64,000 bases of DNA from Candidatus Latescibacterota bacterium (GCA_965200315.1 OZ241362.1:3424001-3488000), one strand, 5' to 3'; shown: positions 20,907-30,840, counted from the first letter of the stretch. The notes: generated by a model from the letters alone, not told the origin. Translations and numbers: made by a program.

Positions 20907-22028
20907 CTAGAACCGCGCTGCTGAGAGCGGCCCGGGGTCGCGTCCGTCTAGAGCCAACTCCACCATGCGCTCGGCGGCCAGCAGGCCGATGGAGTTGCCG
21001 TAGCCGCTAAAACCGAGGGCAAAGACCGCGTCGGGCAGGTCCGGGAGCGCGCCGACAGCGGCCCGGCGATCCGGGGTGAAGCCGTGGATGCCGGCCCATT
21101 GGCGCTCGACTTCAAAGGAGATACCCGGGAACCAGTGGCGCACATAGGACTCGAGGTGCTGTATCAGGTTTGGGGTGACGGCGTCCTCGGCGGTGTACTC
21201 CTGCTCCTCAAAAAAAGCCCGGGCACCACCTATCATCAAACGCCCATCTTCAAGCTGGCGGAAGTAATCGTAATCAGTGATGCCGGCGACTTGAATCAGC
21301 GGTTCCACCGGGGTAGTGATGAGGATCTGGCCGCGCACCGGGCGCACGATGCGGCGCAAGTGCGGGTGCATATCGCAGCCGTACCCATTGGTCGCGATGT
21401 ACACCTTGCGGCAGCGGATATGGGCGCGACGTCCGCGCACGATCAAGCCCTGGCCCTCTGGTTCGATGCGATAGACCTCGTTGCGGTCGTAAAAGGTGGC
21501 CCCAGAGGCGGCGGCAATGGCCTCGGTGAGGCGCGCTGGCTGCACCATGAAATCGCCCTCCACCTGTAGAGATGCCGCGTACCCAGCACCATAGGGATCG
21601 CCCTCGGCAAACTCGACCTCAACGCCCTCGGCGGCTACGGCGCGGGCCCACTCTTCCAGCTCACGGGCGTCGGCTTGGGTTTCGGCGAGGTGGATGGCAC
21701 CCTCTTCCGAGGGCACTTCGTACTGCTTGGCCAAGGCGCGCATGCGGGCGACATTGTCGCGCACTATGTCGAGAATTTGGCGGGCGGCCGGACGACCCAC
21801 TTGGGCGATGAGGGTGGGGTACGTCTCGCGCTGCGAGGTCAGCACAAAGCCGGCGTTGCGGCCCGAGGCACCGGAGGCCACAAAACGGGCGTCGACTAGG
21901 GAGACGTCGCGGCCCCGCTGGTGCAGCAAGGTGGCCGCGTACGAGCCGACAATACCGGCACCAATCACCACATCGTCGTGTTCGGCCTGCAGCGGCTCGG
22001 ATACTTCTTGCCATTTGGATACGGTCAT
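20907..22028 (-). CDS. FAD-dependent oxidoreductase (DAO/PuuB family)
   Basis: VVIGAGIVG, GASGRNAG, WAGIHGFTPD and GFSGYG motifs. Confidence 0.88.
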   Translation of the reverse strand: MTVSKWQEVSEPLQAEHDDVVIGAGIVGSYAATLLHQRGRDVSLVDARFVASGASGRNAGFVLTSQRETYPTLIAQVGRPAARQILDIVRDNVARMRALAKQYEVPSEEGAIHLAETQADARELEEWARAVAAEGVEVEFAEGDPYGAGYAASLQVEGDFMVQPARLTEAIAAASGATFYDRNEVYRIEPEGQGLIVRGRRAHIRCRKVYIATNGYGCDMHPHLRRIVRPVRGQILITTPVEPLIQVAGITDYDYFRQLEDGRLMIGGARAFFEEQEYTAEDAVTPNLIQHLESYVRHWFPGISFEVERQWAGIHGFTPDRRAAVGALPDLPDAVFALGFSGYGNSIGLLAAERMVELALDGRDPGPLSAARF

Positions 22029-22115
22029 AGGGCCTCCAAGGTAAGGTGTTGTTGGCTACTCCTGAATCGCCATCCCCATCCTAATCAGTTGCGCGGATCC
22101 ACCGATGGGTTGCTC

Positions 22116-23093
22116 TCACCCCTCCCGCTTCTCCATATCGCCCCCGCTCGCCACCATGCGCTCGGGAGCACCATTCGCGTCAATCGCCGACGCCGCGCAC
22201 GGCGTACCGAACTCGGGGCGGGCAAAGGGCAGATGGGTCCGCCCGCGCGCCAGAATGTGCTTGTAATTGGCCGCCGGCCCCTCATAGGGCATCCCGTGGT
22301 TCCACGGCACCCAAGAGCGGGCATTGCAATAGTGGCTGACAAATGCCCGACGCCAGCGATCGGGAGACCGATTGGGATGAGAGCGGTGCAGAAGGTGCGG
22401 ATGGAAGAACACCACATCGCCGGCCTCCACCACCACTGGCTCTGCTTCTCCATAGCGCCGCGCCACCCCAGACAGCGTATTGACCTCGTCGTCGAGATGG
22501 CTAATGCCCTCTACAGTCTCAATCTCGTCAAAGGCTCCCTCGGCGTGGACTAGGTGCCCTCGGCCTTCATCGGGATAAATGGGCTCGTGGTTCGATCCGG
22601 GCGCAACCCACAGACAGCCGTTCTCCGCGTCGGCCCGCTCCAAGGCCAACCAAGCGCCGATGAGGGTATCCGGGTACGTGGTGATATAATAGGAATCTTG
22701 GTGCCAACCCTGTCCACCCATGCCCGGCGCGTTGAAAAACTGCATGGTCTGCAAGGCCAGCACATCCGGCCCGATGAGCGCCTCCAAAACGTCCAAGATG
22801 CGCGGGTGCAGCAAAAAGCGCTCGCAGGTGGCGTCCCAGCGGTGCAGTTGATGCACCCGCGTGAAACGCTGCACTAGCTCTTCTTCCGTCGCCTCCGGGG
22901 ACGGAGGCTCCTGGCCGGGAACGTCGATTCGGCCCTTGAGCATGGCCATGACGTGCGCTTTGAGTTCTTCCACTTCGTCCAGATCGACCAAGTGCTCGAC
23001 GACTAGGAACCCCTGTTTCTGATACTGAGCGTATTCGGCCGTGGAGACTTTGTAGCGATCGGGCCGCTGGTCGGCCACTGGTTTGTAGCTCAT
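22116..23093 (-). CDS. PhyH-family dioxygenase
   Basis: WHQDSYY, ENGCLWVAPGS and AGDVVFFHPHLLHRS motifs. Start ATG 23093. Confidence 0.88.
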   Translation of the reverse strand: MSYKPVADQRPDRYKVSTAEYAQYQKQGFLVVEHLVDLDEVEELKAHVMAMLKGRIDVPGQEPPSPEATEEELVQRFTRVHQLHRWDATCERFLLHPRILDVLEALIGPDVLALQTMQFFNAPGMGGQGWHQDSYYITTYPDTLIGAWLALERADAENGCLWVAPGSNHEPIYPDEGRGHLVHAEGAFDEIETVEGISHLDDEVNTLSGVARRYGEAEPVVVEAGDVVFFHPHLLHRSHPNRSPDRWRRAFVSHYCNARSWVPWNHGMPYEGPAANYKHILARGRTHLPFARPEFGTPCAASAIDANGAPERMVASGGDMEKREG

Positions 23094-23186
23094 TGCTTCC
23101 TCCGCGTTGACAATCCTCATAGTCAATACTGTAAATATGTCCACCTCAACCCGCAGGGGCGGTCGTCGTGCTCGGTATCTGCGCCA

Positions 23187-24227
23187 CTATGGCGCATACC
23201 CCAGCTTCTCCCGTACGGCCCTCACCCCAGCCACCATGTTCTCCAGCTTCTGCTTTGCCGCCCAGCGCGCCGTTTGGCTCAGCCCGCAATCGGGCGCAAA
23301 GGAGAGCTTGTCGGCCGGGGCATGTTCCAAGCACGCCTCGACCCGCGCCGCGATGTCCTCTGCGGTTTCAATATAGTAGCTCTTCACATCGACGATTCCC
23401 ACCGCCACGTCCATCTTCGCGGCGATCAGGCCGATGATCTCCAGTTCGGCGAACTCGCGGCTGGCCATCTCGACGTGCATCTCATCGACCTGCATGTCCA
23501 AGAACGCCGGAAACATGGGTGCGTAGCGGCGCAGCCCCACGGCGCGGCCCTTGTAGTTGCCAAAGCACAGGTGAGTCGAGAGCCGGCACTTGCCTACGAC
23601 GGATTCGACCGTGCGGTTGAAGATATCGACGAAACGCGCTGGATTCTCGCGGTGGGCATAGCAACTCATCGACGGCTCATCAACGGTCAGCTCCGTGCAG
23701 CCCGCCGCACAGAGCGCCTCTAACTCGCTCCGCACAATCGGCAGCAGCGCCTCGGTCACGGCCCAGCGATCTGGGTACTGGTCGTTGGGCACGAGCCGTC
23801 CGCTCAACGTGTAGGGACCCGGCACACTGGCCTTGAGCGTCGGCCCTGCTGGCGCCAACCGCTTGAGCCGCGCAAACTCCTCCACCGCACCCAAGCCGTG
23901 CGGTGCTTGCAGCGGTCCAGTGATCTCATGGCGACCACGCTGGTCGTGGGCGGGCGGGCCGAAGCGCCTGGGCGGTGCGGATTCTAGGTCAATGCCTTCG
24001 AGATAGCCGTAAAAGGAAAGGTTGAAATCAAAGCGGGCCTGCTCGCCGTCGGTGACGACGTCCAACCCGGCGCGCACTTGGTCGCCGAGCGCGGCAACGA
24101 CCGCGTCGTCCTGCATCTCGGCAATATCGTCCGGCCCGAAGGCGTCGAGATGCTCAGCCGCGTATTCGAGCCAACTCGGGAAGGGGTAGGAGCCGATAAC
24201 GGTGGTGCGCAAGGGACGCTCTTTCAC
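23187..24227 (-). CDS. Cobalamin-independent methionine synthase catalytic-domain (MetE-like core) protein
   Basis: TTVIGSYP, GLDVVTDGE, VDEP, HLCFGN and APDCGL Zn-ligand motifs. GTG start overlaps the ROK stop codon. Confidence 0.85.
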   Translation of the reverse strand: MKERPLRTTVIGSYPFPSWLEYAAEHLDAFGPDDIAEMQDDAVVAALGDQVRAGLDVVTDGEQARFDFNLSFYGYLEGIDLESAPPRRFGPPAHDQRGRHEITGPLQAPHGLGAVEEFARLKRLAPAGPTLKASVPGPYTLSGRLVPNDQYPDRWAVTEALLPIVRSELEALCAAGCTELTVDEPSMSCYAHRENPARFVDIFNRTVESVVGKCRLSTHLCFGNYKGRAVGLRRYAPMFPAFLDMQVDEMHVEMASREFAELEIIGLIAAKMDVAVGIVDVKSYYIETAEDIAARVEACLEHAPADKLSFAPDCGLSQTARWAAKQKLENMVAGVRAVREKLGYAP

Positions 24228-25201
24228 GGCTGGCCTCCATCGACCTTTTCCCAAGCAATTGCCGCTGTTCCCAAGACGCCAGCATGGTCGCGCAGCTTGG
24301 ACAGCACAATCGGCACGCCTGCGCCCGCTGGATGCCGGAATAAGTGTTCGTTCACTTGCGTTTGTAGCGGTTCGAGAAAGTGCTCGGCCGCATTGGTCGC
24401 TCCGCCGCTGAGGATGATCCGCTGGGGAGCATACACGTGTACCGCACTCACCAGCAGCCAGCCTAAGTTGCGAGTCCAGTGCTCCAGCTCGTCGACGCAG
24501 AGCCGGTCTTGACGCTTCACGCCGCGGATTATGGCCTTGAAATCGATGGCGTTGGGGTCTTTGAAGTACTGGTCGCTCAAGACCGAGGGAATGCCGCGCG
24601 CCAGCCCGTCCCGCACCTGCTGTGTCAGGGCCGTGGCCGAGCACATCATCTCAGCTGTGCCCCGCGCATTGGTCAGGCACAGCCGCCCGCCGAGGGCCTG
24701 CATGACGATATGGCTCATCTGCGTTCCGAACTGCAAGTGCGGATCGCGCAAAATTTTGCCGTCGAGCAAGACCCCGGAGCCGACGCCGGTACCAAGGGTA
24801 ATAGTCACCGCCCAGTCCAAGTCCCGCGCTAGGCCGTAGTGTCGCTCGGCGTAGATGGAGATGCGGCCGTCGTTGTCGGCGACGACCGGAACTCCCGTGG
24901 CTTTAGCCAGCCGTTCGACAATGGGATAGCCTTCCAGCCCCTTGATCTTCCCCGGCATGTACACCACGCCGATTTCGGGGTCCACGGCCCCGGGAAAGCC
25001 CAAGCCAACAGCCTGCGGCTTGCCGCCTAGCTTCTCGGAAATCCGTGCGACTTCATCCTTGAGCGTCTTGAGCAAATTGCCCATGCCCAGCGCAAAACCC
25101 GACGGATTGATGCCCGGTGCCAGCATCCGCCCGCGCCGCGTCACCGCGCCGCTTTTGACCCGGGTGCCGCCCACGTCAAAGCCAATAACGTATTCCTTCA
25201 T
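24224..25201 (-). CDS. ROK family sugar kinase
   Basis: IGFDVGGT, ADND, TLGTGVGSG and IILSGG motifs. Confidence 0.88.
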   Translation of the reverse strand: MKEYVIGFDVGGTRVKSGAVTRRGRMLAPGINPSGFALGMGNLLKTLKDEVARISEKLGGKPQAVGLGFPGAVDPEIGVVYMPGKIKGLEGYPIVERLAKATGVPVVADNDGRISIYAERHYGLARDLDWAVTITLGTGVGSGVLLDGKILRDPHLQFGTQMSHIVMQALGGRLCLTNARGTAEMMCSATALTQQVRDGLARGIPSVLSDQYFKDPNAIDFKAIIRGVKRQDRLCVDELEHWTRNLGWLLVSAVHVYAPQRIILSGGATNAAEHFLEPLQTQVNEHLFRHPAGAGVPIVLSKLRDHAGVLGTAAIAWEKVDGGQP

Positions 25202-25215
25202 GCGCCCTCCTTGCG

Positions 25216-25995
25216 TCAACTTACGCACCAACCTGCATCCACGGTCACCACCGTTCCGGTAATCGCCCGCGCTCGCTCCCCCAGCAAAAAAACCGCCATC
25301 CCCGCCACATCCGCCGCGCTCATCATCGCTCCGAGCGGCTGTTTGTCGCGCATAAACGCCATGATCTCTGCGTTTTCTCCAGCCCGCTTGCTCATAGGGG
25401 TCTCCACCAGCGCCGGCGCAATGGCATTGACCCGAATCCCGTGCGGCGCGTAGTAGCTGGCCATGGCCTTGCTCAGCGACACAATCGCCCCCTTGCTGGC
25501 CGCGTAGGCATGCGAGGCAAAAAACTTCCGCTCCGGCGCAAAGGCCAGCACACTGGCCATGTTGAGAATCGCCCCCCGCACTCCGTCTTCGCGCGGTTCT
25601 TGGGTCAACATCTGTTGCAGCACGGCGCGGCACACCAAAAACATGCTCTTGGCGTTGGCGTCCAGCGTTGCGTCCCACCCCTCCTCTGTACACTCGTGCA
25701 GCGGCCCATCGCCAAAGCGTCGGCCGCTGATCCCTGCCACGTTGAACAACCCGTCAATCCGCCCCCAGTGCTTCACACAGGTCCGCACGGTGTCGGCGAC
25801 CTGTTCCCGCTGCGTCAGATCGGCTGCTCGGTACGCCCCCTGCTTTCCCAGCTTCTCAGCCAAGGCCCGACAGTTTGCTTCCGTCCGCGAGATGACGAAT
25901 ACCTTGGCCCCTTCCTCGGCTGCGTGCAGGGCCGTGGCCTCGGCAATGCCGGTAGAGCCGGTAATTAGACAGACTTTGTTGTCGAGAGTGCCCAC
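25216..25995 (-). CDS. SDR family oxidoreductase
   Basis: ITGSTGIA, YAASK and IRVNAIAP motifs; probable GTG start at 25995. Confidence 0.88.
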   Translation of the reverse strand: MGTLDNKVCLITGSTGIAEATALHAAEEGAKVFVISRTEANCRALAEKLGKQGAYRAADLTQREQVADTVRTCVKHWGRIDGLFNVAGISGRRFGDGPLHECTEEGWDATLDANAKSMFLVCRAVLQQMLTQEPREDGVRGAILNMASVLAFAPERKFFASHAYAASKGAIVSLSKAMASYYAPHGIRVNAIAPALVETPMSKRAGENAEIMAFMRDKQPLGAMMSAADVAGMAVFLLGERARAITGTVVTVDAGWCVS

Positions 25996-26026
25996 AGTGT
26001 GGTTAGTGGATTGGAATCGGCTCCAT

Positions 26027-26239
26027 AGGGACCGCGGGACGTCCCTACAAGGGTTTGCGAGTTTTGAGCCTTCTTGCCGCTGTCTAAGAAGCCTTCTATC
26101 GCGTCGAGCAAGCGGTAGAGACCGTCGCCAGCGGGCGTCACCGTGACATCCAGCCGGTATCGTCTGCACACAAGGGACAGCCGCCAGAGCTTTCAGGCCG
26201 CTTGCTAAACAACGGGCGACCAACAAGGGCCGCTTCTAC
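26027..26239. repeat. GTAG-type REP elements in the SIS-SDR intergenic gap
   Basis: AGGGACCGCGGGACGTCCCTAC (26027-26048) and GGGCGACCAACAAGGGCCGCTTCTAC (26214-26239). Both read GTAG plus hairpin on the minus strand. Confidence 0.55.
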
Positions 26240-27009
26240 TACTCGTACAAATGCTTGAGGCTCTTGCGGTAGCCCTCGTAAAACCTCTCTAGCTGCTCTT
26301 CTGCGCTTACATTGCCCACAAACTGATGGCTCGGCAATAGCTCCGGCTTGATCCCCCGCGCCAGCAACCGCTCGGCCACCTCGCAGCGCAGCATATTCAT
26401 CATCATCGCGCCGGTCACCGTCGATACCGGCCCAGTCCGCCACTCCAACCCCTCTAGCTCGAGTACGCAGTCCCCCGGCGGACACTGGTTGTCGAGGACG
26501 ACGTCGGCCACGTCCATCAGCTTCTGGCCCGACGAGTGCGCGGGTGGCGACTGGTCGCCGTGCGGCTTTGACAGCATGGCGACCACGGGCAAGCCCCGCG
26601 CCTTAGCGCCCATGGCCATTTCGACGATCAGGGGCCGGATGCCACTCGTCGAAATCAAGATAAAGGCGTCGTGCGGCCCGAACTCGAACCCTTGGAGAAT
26701 CTCCTCGGCGTAGCCTTCGTACTTCTCCAAAAAGAGCGGCCCGCGCAACCCGTTGGTGCCGACGATTGACGCATGATTCGATACCGCGAGCTCGACCAGC
26801 GCAAAAAAGCCCACGAAACATCCTTGGCGCGGCGTCATTTCCTCGCACATCATCCGCGAGTGCCCAGCACCAAAGAGAAAGACCAACCCGCCATTGGCAA
26901 TGCTCTCGGTGCAGATTGCGGCAGCTTGGTCTATAGCGTCCATTTGCGTATCGCGCAGACGTTGCAACAGCTTCGTCGTTTGCGCGTAGTACTCTTCAGC
27001 AGCGCTCAT
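26239..27009 (-). CDS. SIS-domain sugar isomerase (UPF0309-like)
   Basis: LFGAGHS, ISTSG, ADVVLDN and GPVST motifs. Confidence 0.85.
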   Translation of the reverse strand: MSAAEEYYAQTTKLLQRLRDTQMDAIDQAAAICTESIANGGLVFLFGAGHSRMMCEEMTPRQGCFVGFFALVELAVSNHASIVGTNGLRGPLFLEKYEGYAEEILQGFEFGPHDAFILISTSGIRPLIVEMAMGAKARGLPVVAMLSKPHGDQSPPAHSSGQKLMDVADVVLDNQCPPGDCVLELEGLEWRTGPVSTVTGAMMMNMLRCEVAERLLARGIKPELLPSHQFVGNVSAEEQLERFYEGYRKSLKHLYE

Positions 27010-27027
27010 GCGCGTAGTTTCTCCTGT

Positions 27028-27966
27028 TCAAAGCGCCGCGGCCCTAAATGCGGCGATGGTTTCATCCGCGACGGTGGCCATGGCAGCCGCGACGTTCCGC
27101 TCTAGCTGCTCAATGTTCAGCGAGCCGATGGGGTTGCCGTGAATGCGTCCCTCGCGCAGGCAGAATTGCAACGTCAGATTTAGCATGTCGATGCCCTGCT
27201 CGTTGCACCACAAGCGCATGGCCTCGGCCCGGTGCTGGTCTGGGCCCCACTTGTCGCGTGGGATAAAGCGCTCTACGGGCACGCCCGTCAGCCAGCCGCG
27301 CATGATCGACCAGCCGTTGAGAACTCCGAGGTCGGCGGCCGCGGCCGCTGGCAGGATGGCATCGGTTGCGCTCTGCCGGAGCAAGTTGTAGTCGCTGAAG
27401 CACAGCATCGCGTCGGTGCGACCCGAAGCAATGTGCGCGAGGTGAAAGTCGTGGGGCCTCATGCCATAGCCGATGAAATCCACGGCACCTTGTTGGCGCA
27501 CCTGTTCCAGCCCTTCGAGTGCGCCGCCTACCTCAAGGGTCGGTTCGATCTCGGGCGGATCGTGGAGAAAGAGCGCGTCGAATTTCTCGATTCCCAGAAT
27601 TTCTAGCTGGTCTTCGGCATCGGCCAAGACCCGCGCAGCCGAGTAATCGGGCCGCCCTTCGCCGTAGCCGCCCCACGCCGCGGCACTGTGGCAGCAGACG
27701 CGGCCGCTGATGATGATCTCGCTGCGGGCGATGACGCCTTCCTTGATCGCACGACCCAGCTTGCGCAGCGAGTCGCCGTAGCAACGGGCGCAGTCGAAGT
27801 GGTTGACGCCCAAATCGACGGCTCGGCGCATCAGGGCCATGGCCTCTTCGTCGGCGACCGGCCCGAAGTGGCCGCCAAAGCCTTGCGTTCCGAATGGGAT
27901 TACTGGTATGGAAAGCTCGGTCTTGCCCCAGCGGCGGCGGGGACAGCAGTTTTTTTGTAGGCCCAT
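27028..27966 (-). CDS. Aldo/keto reductase
   Basis: GVNHFDCARCYG, DALFLHDP and IEQLERNV motifs. Confidence 0.85.
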   Translation of the reverse strand: MGLQKNCCPRRRWGKTELSIPVIPFGTQGFGGHFGPVADEEAMALMRRAVDLGVNHFDCARCYGDSLRKLGRAIKEGVIARSEIIISGRVCCHSAAAWGGYGEGRPDYSAARVLADAEDQLEILGIEKFDALFLHDPPEIEPTLEVGGALEGLEQVRQQGAVDFIGYGMRPHDFHLAHIASGRTDAMLCFSDYNLLRQSATDAILPAAAAADLGVLNGWSIMRGWLTGVPVERFIPRDKWGPDQHRAEAMRLWCNEQGIDMLNLTLQFCLREGRIHGNPIGSLNIEQLERNVAAAMATVADETIAAFRAAAL

Positions 27967-28300
27967 AGAAAATCACCGTGGAACTGACGGCTTCAGCCGT
28001 TCAGGGGGATCAGTGCGCGTTTCTTGACGAGCGGGCAACTCACTAGGTTACGCACCGGATGACGGAGGAATTCGCGCTGACCGCCATCGAAGACGTATCG
28101 CCTCGTTTTATGCTCTCTAATCGCCATCTCGCGCTTAGTGTTTCCGACGCAAGCTGCGTACCTGTTCCACTCGATGCTTGACTACAAGGCTGCAAGGGCT
28201 GGTAGTATCGTGAGCCTGCTCGGGTTGCTGTATGGTAAAGAAGAAGCGGTTGTCTGATCGGTGGCATTTCTAAAGCCTCCGGTTTAGCGCGGTGCTCGCG
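27967..28300 (-). mobile_element. Possible ORF-less IS200/IS605-family relic (omegaRNA/HEARO-like)
   Basis: Minus strand begins CACCGCGCTAAACCGGAGGCTT..GATCAGAC and ends CCCCCTGAACGGCTGAAGCCGTCAGTTCC..GATTTTCT|ATG. These resemble IscB/TnpB element ends by pattern recognition only. Confidence 0.3.
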
Positions 28301-28540
28301 TTAGGGGGGCTAGAAAAGGCAGGGACAAGCGGGTGGCGTTAGCCATCAGTGGCTGACTCGCGCTATGCCAGAGGGTGAAAGTACTGTGCGCCGAATCCGC
28401 CAAGCAGGCGGCCCCGTCCCCAGCCTCCTCCCAGTCAGCAAGTTACGCGACCGACAGTGCGACGGCTATGTGTTGGCTTGTTCGTTGGAGACGGCAGCGA
28501 AGGCTGGCTGGTAGATGGGCTGTCGCTAGCGGCTAGCGAT

Positions 28541-28786
28541 TCAGACCTCGTCTAAGTCCGCACCCTCTTCCGGCGAGAGGACGATGCGCCCCTCGGCAAA
28601 ATCCAGCATGGCACTGGCCGATGAATTGGGCTGCTCTTCCTCAGCAGTTTCGCTGTCAGCTTCTCTCAGTTTGCGCTCTATATTAATGTCTCGTGCGCGT
28701 TGCGACAGGCTGCGGCAGGCTTGAAAGGCGTTGATTTCGCCTTCCAGCTTGATGGCGACTTCCCGAGAAAACATCGACTTGGCCAT
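28541..28786 (-). CDS. rpoZ: DNA-directed RNA polymerase subunit omega (divergent)
   Basis: 81 aa; NAF..LSQRARDIN and AMLDFAEGRI match the omega pattern (N.Y...A.RAR.I ... A..E...G.I). Confidence 0.65.
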   Translation of the reverse strand: MAKSMFSREVAIKLEGEINAFQACRSLSQRARDINIERKLREADSETAEEEQPNSSASAMLDFAEGRIVLSPEEGADLDEV

Positions 28787-28907
28787 TGTAGCTCCCGAGG
28801 TGAAAGGTGGATGAGGGCAGACATTGTTACAAAATCATACAAATTATGCAATTTTGCTGAAACGGGCAATTTTCACAGGTGGCCGAGCGGCTCGACAGCA
28901 GGGCGTT

Positions 28908-29642
28908 CTAGATCGCCCAATACTTCCACAGATCCTCCGGTACTTCATAGCGCATGGCTTCGCGCTCGGCGTAGTGCCAGCGGGAGAAAAGCCCCAGCCT
29001 CGGATTGGAGCGGATGTTGGCCGAGCCGGTGTGGCACAGAAAGCAGTGCCAGAAAATCACGTCCCCGGCTCGCGCCACAAATTGCTCTGGCCCGTGGGGC
29101 GAGCGGTCTGAAAACAGCCCCCATTGGCGCGGTTCCCAATCCTCGCGCTCGCGGAAACTGCCGTCGATGTGGGCGGGATGCTCGCGGAAGTACGCGTGGG
29201 TCGGCAGATGGCTCTGCGGCCAGTAAACAAAGGCCCCGCCGTTTGCTTCCACATCGTCTAAGTAAGCAGTCGCCCCCAGCATAAAACCGCCGCTCCAGCC
29301 CCCCGGTCCGTAGCCGTCGATATGCCCTTGGCCCGGCCAGTCCCACGCTTCCCCCAAGCGCGGCCACTGCACCAGCATGGACCCACCGCCGCCGCCAAAC
29401 TGCCCCCCGCCCATCATCCCAACCACCGCCAGCATCTGCGGAAGCTGCCCAAAGGCCGGTTCAACCGCAAACCCGTCAATCACATAGCTATCGGGCCAAC
29501 TCGCCGGGTCTTGTGGATCGGCCCCTACGTGATCCCAGAACTGCCCGCGCCAAGCGGCTATCTGCTCCGGCGCGATGAAGTTTTCCAGAATCAAATACCC
29601 CTGCTGCTTAAAAAACGCGATCTGTTGCTTGCTCAGTGTCAT
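28908..29642 (-). CDS. PhyH-family dioxygenase
   Basis: LSKQQIAFFKQQGYL, GHID and AGDVIFWHCFLCH motifs. Confidence 0.85.
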   Translation of the reverse strand: MTLSKQQIAFFKQQGYLILENFIAPEQIAAWRGQFWDHVGADPQDPASWPDSYVIDGFAVEPAFGQLPQMLAVVGMMGGGQFGGGGGSMLVQWPRLGEAWDWPGQGHIDGYGPGGWSGGFMLGATAYLDDVEANGGAFVYWPQSHLPTHAYFREHPAHIDGSFREREDWEPRQWGLFSDRSPHGPEQFVARAGDVIFWHCFLCHTGSANIRSNPRLGLFSRWHYAEREAMRYEVPEDLWKYWAI

Positions 29643-29664
29643 GCCATACCTCTCATAGCGATTT

Positions 29665-30840
29665 TCATCGCGCTTCTCCTTGCGCTTTCTGCACGGTTAG
29701 TTTCACCTTCTCTGGCTTGATGCTGGTAATCTTCAACCCTGTTACATGGCGCACGGACCGGGCGGACACCTCAAAGGTCCTCCGCTGCAACCTGACGAGA
29801 TCGGCGTCAATGACAACCTCAAAATCCTCATTACTCGCCAAAAACATGTCCCGTCGCGGTCCGGCCACCGCGATCTCTACCTCTTGGGGGCTGACGTCCG
29901 TTAGCGCATATCCTTCGGGCACGTTCTCCACGGCTACGGGTACTTGGAGGACTGCTTCCTCGACTGTCGCGCCCGGCACGAATACCAGCCACGCACCCAA
30001 GGCCATGGCAAAGGACAAAAGACCTTCCACTAGACGCCGGCCCAACCGACGCCACTCGACCCGGTGCGCGTTCACTTGGGTCCCCGTATGTTGCAAGTAG
30101 CTTCTGATCCTGTTCGACAATTTGCCCGCGTCTGTACCTCTCAGAATCTCAAGTTGCCCCCGCTCGGCAATCCCAATGGTGCCACGCTCCTCTGATACTA
30201 CCAGACACAGGGCATCGCTGCGTTCGGCCAAGCCCAGTGCGGCCGCGTGCCGCGTACCACCTCCCTTCAGTTCATCCCTATTCTCGGAAAGTGGTAAATG
30301 CACGCCAAACTCCTTGATCCTATTGTTCTGCATCACCAGTGCGCCGTCGTGCCCAGCCGAGCCGGGATCGAAAAGGCTGTCGAGAAGTGCTTCGCTGATT
30401 TCCGCGTCCAAAGGGACCCCACTCTGCAAAAAATGTCGCTCTAGCGGCTCGCGCCCCGGCAGGACCATCAAGGCTCCGCGCTTTTTCTCGGCCAACAGAA
30501 CCAACCCCCTACTCAGCGTTCCTATGCTGGTCCCGTCCAGCTTCGGAGCCTTGCGGCGCAGACCGAGCGTGGCGATCTGCTCAAAGAGCCGGCGCAAATC
30601 ATCTTGGAACACCACCACTAGCACCAGCACTAATCCCGCAAAAAAGCCTTGGAATATCCAAGTTGTTAGCTGCAACTTGAATTGCTGCGCTATCAGGTGG
30701 TAGAAGACGCCCAAAAAAGCCAGACCGAGCAGGGCCATTCGCGCTCGGCGGGTCCAAACCACTAGACCCCAAAGCAGCAACGCGACGACTGCAATATCTA
30801 CCAGATCAGTGGGTGCGATATCCAACAGGGGTGTGTGCAA
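29665..30840 (-). CDS. cdaA: Diadenylate cyclase (CdaA/DacA) fused to a C-terminal YbbR-like domain
   Basis: N-terminal TM helices, HDGAL, GTRHAAALG and VVSEERG DAC motifs. A further TM and a YbbR-like VENVPEG..V.V.GP..IKPEKV region follow. Confidence 0.85.
   Translation of the reverse strand: MHTPLLDIAPTDLVDIAVVALLLWGLVVWTRRARMALLGLAFLGVFYHLIAQQFKLQLTTWIFQGFFAGLVLVLVVVFQDDLRRLFEQIATLGLRRKAPKLDGTSIGTLSRGLVLLAEKKRGALMVLPGREPLERHFLQSGVPLDAEISEALLDSLFDPGSAGHDGALVMQNNRIKEFGVHLPLSENRDELKGGGTRHAAALGLAERSDALCLVVSEERGTIGIAERGQLEILRGTDAGKLSNRIRSYLQHTGTQVNAHRVEWRRLGRRLVEGLLSFAMALGAWLVFVPGATVEEAVLQVPVAVENVPEGYALTDVSPQEVEIAVAGPRRDMFLASNEDFEVVIDADLVRLQRRTFEVSARSVRHVTGLKITSIKPEKVKLTVQKAQGEAR

Noticed and set aside
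24228-26226. Long N-terminal extensions of the MetE-like, ROK and SDR ORFs in the ORF track
   Set aside because: The extensions overlap upstream genes or REP DNA. Starts at 24227, 25201 and 25995 fit the family N-termini.
27967-28540. RNase P RNA or tmRNA
   Set aside because: No GAGGAAAGTCC motif or tRNA-like tmRNA ends were seen on either strand.
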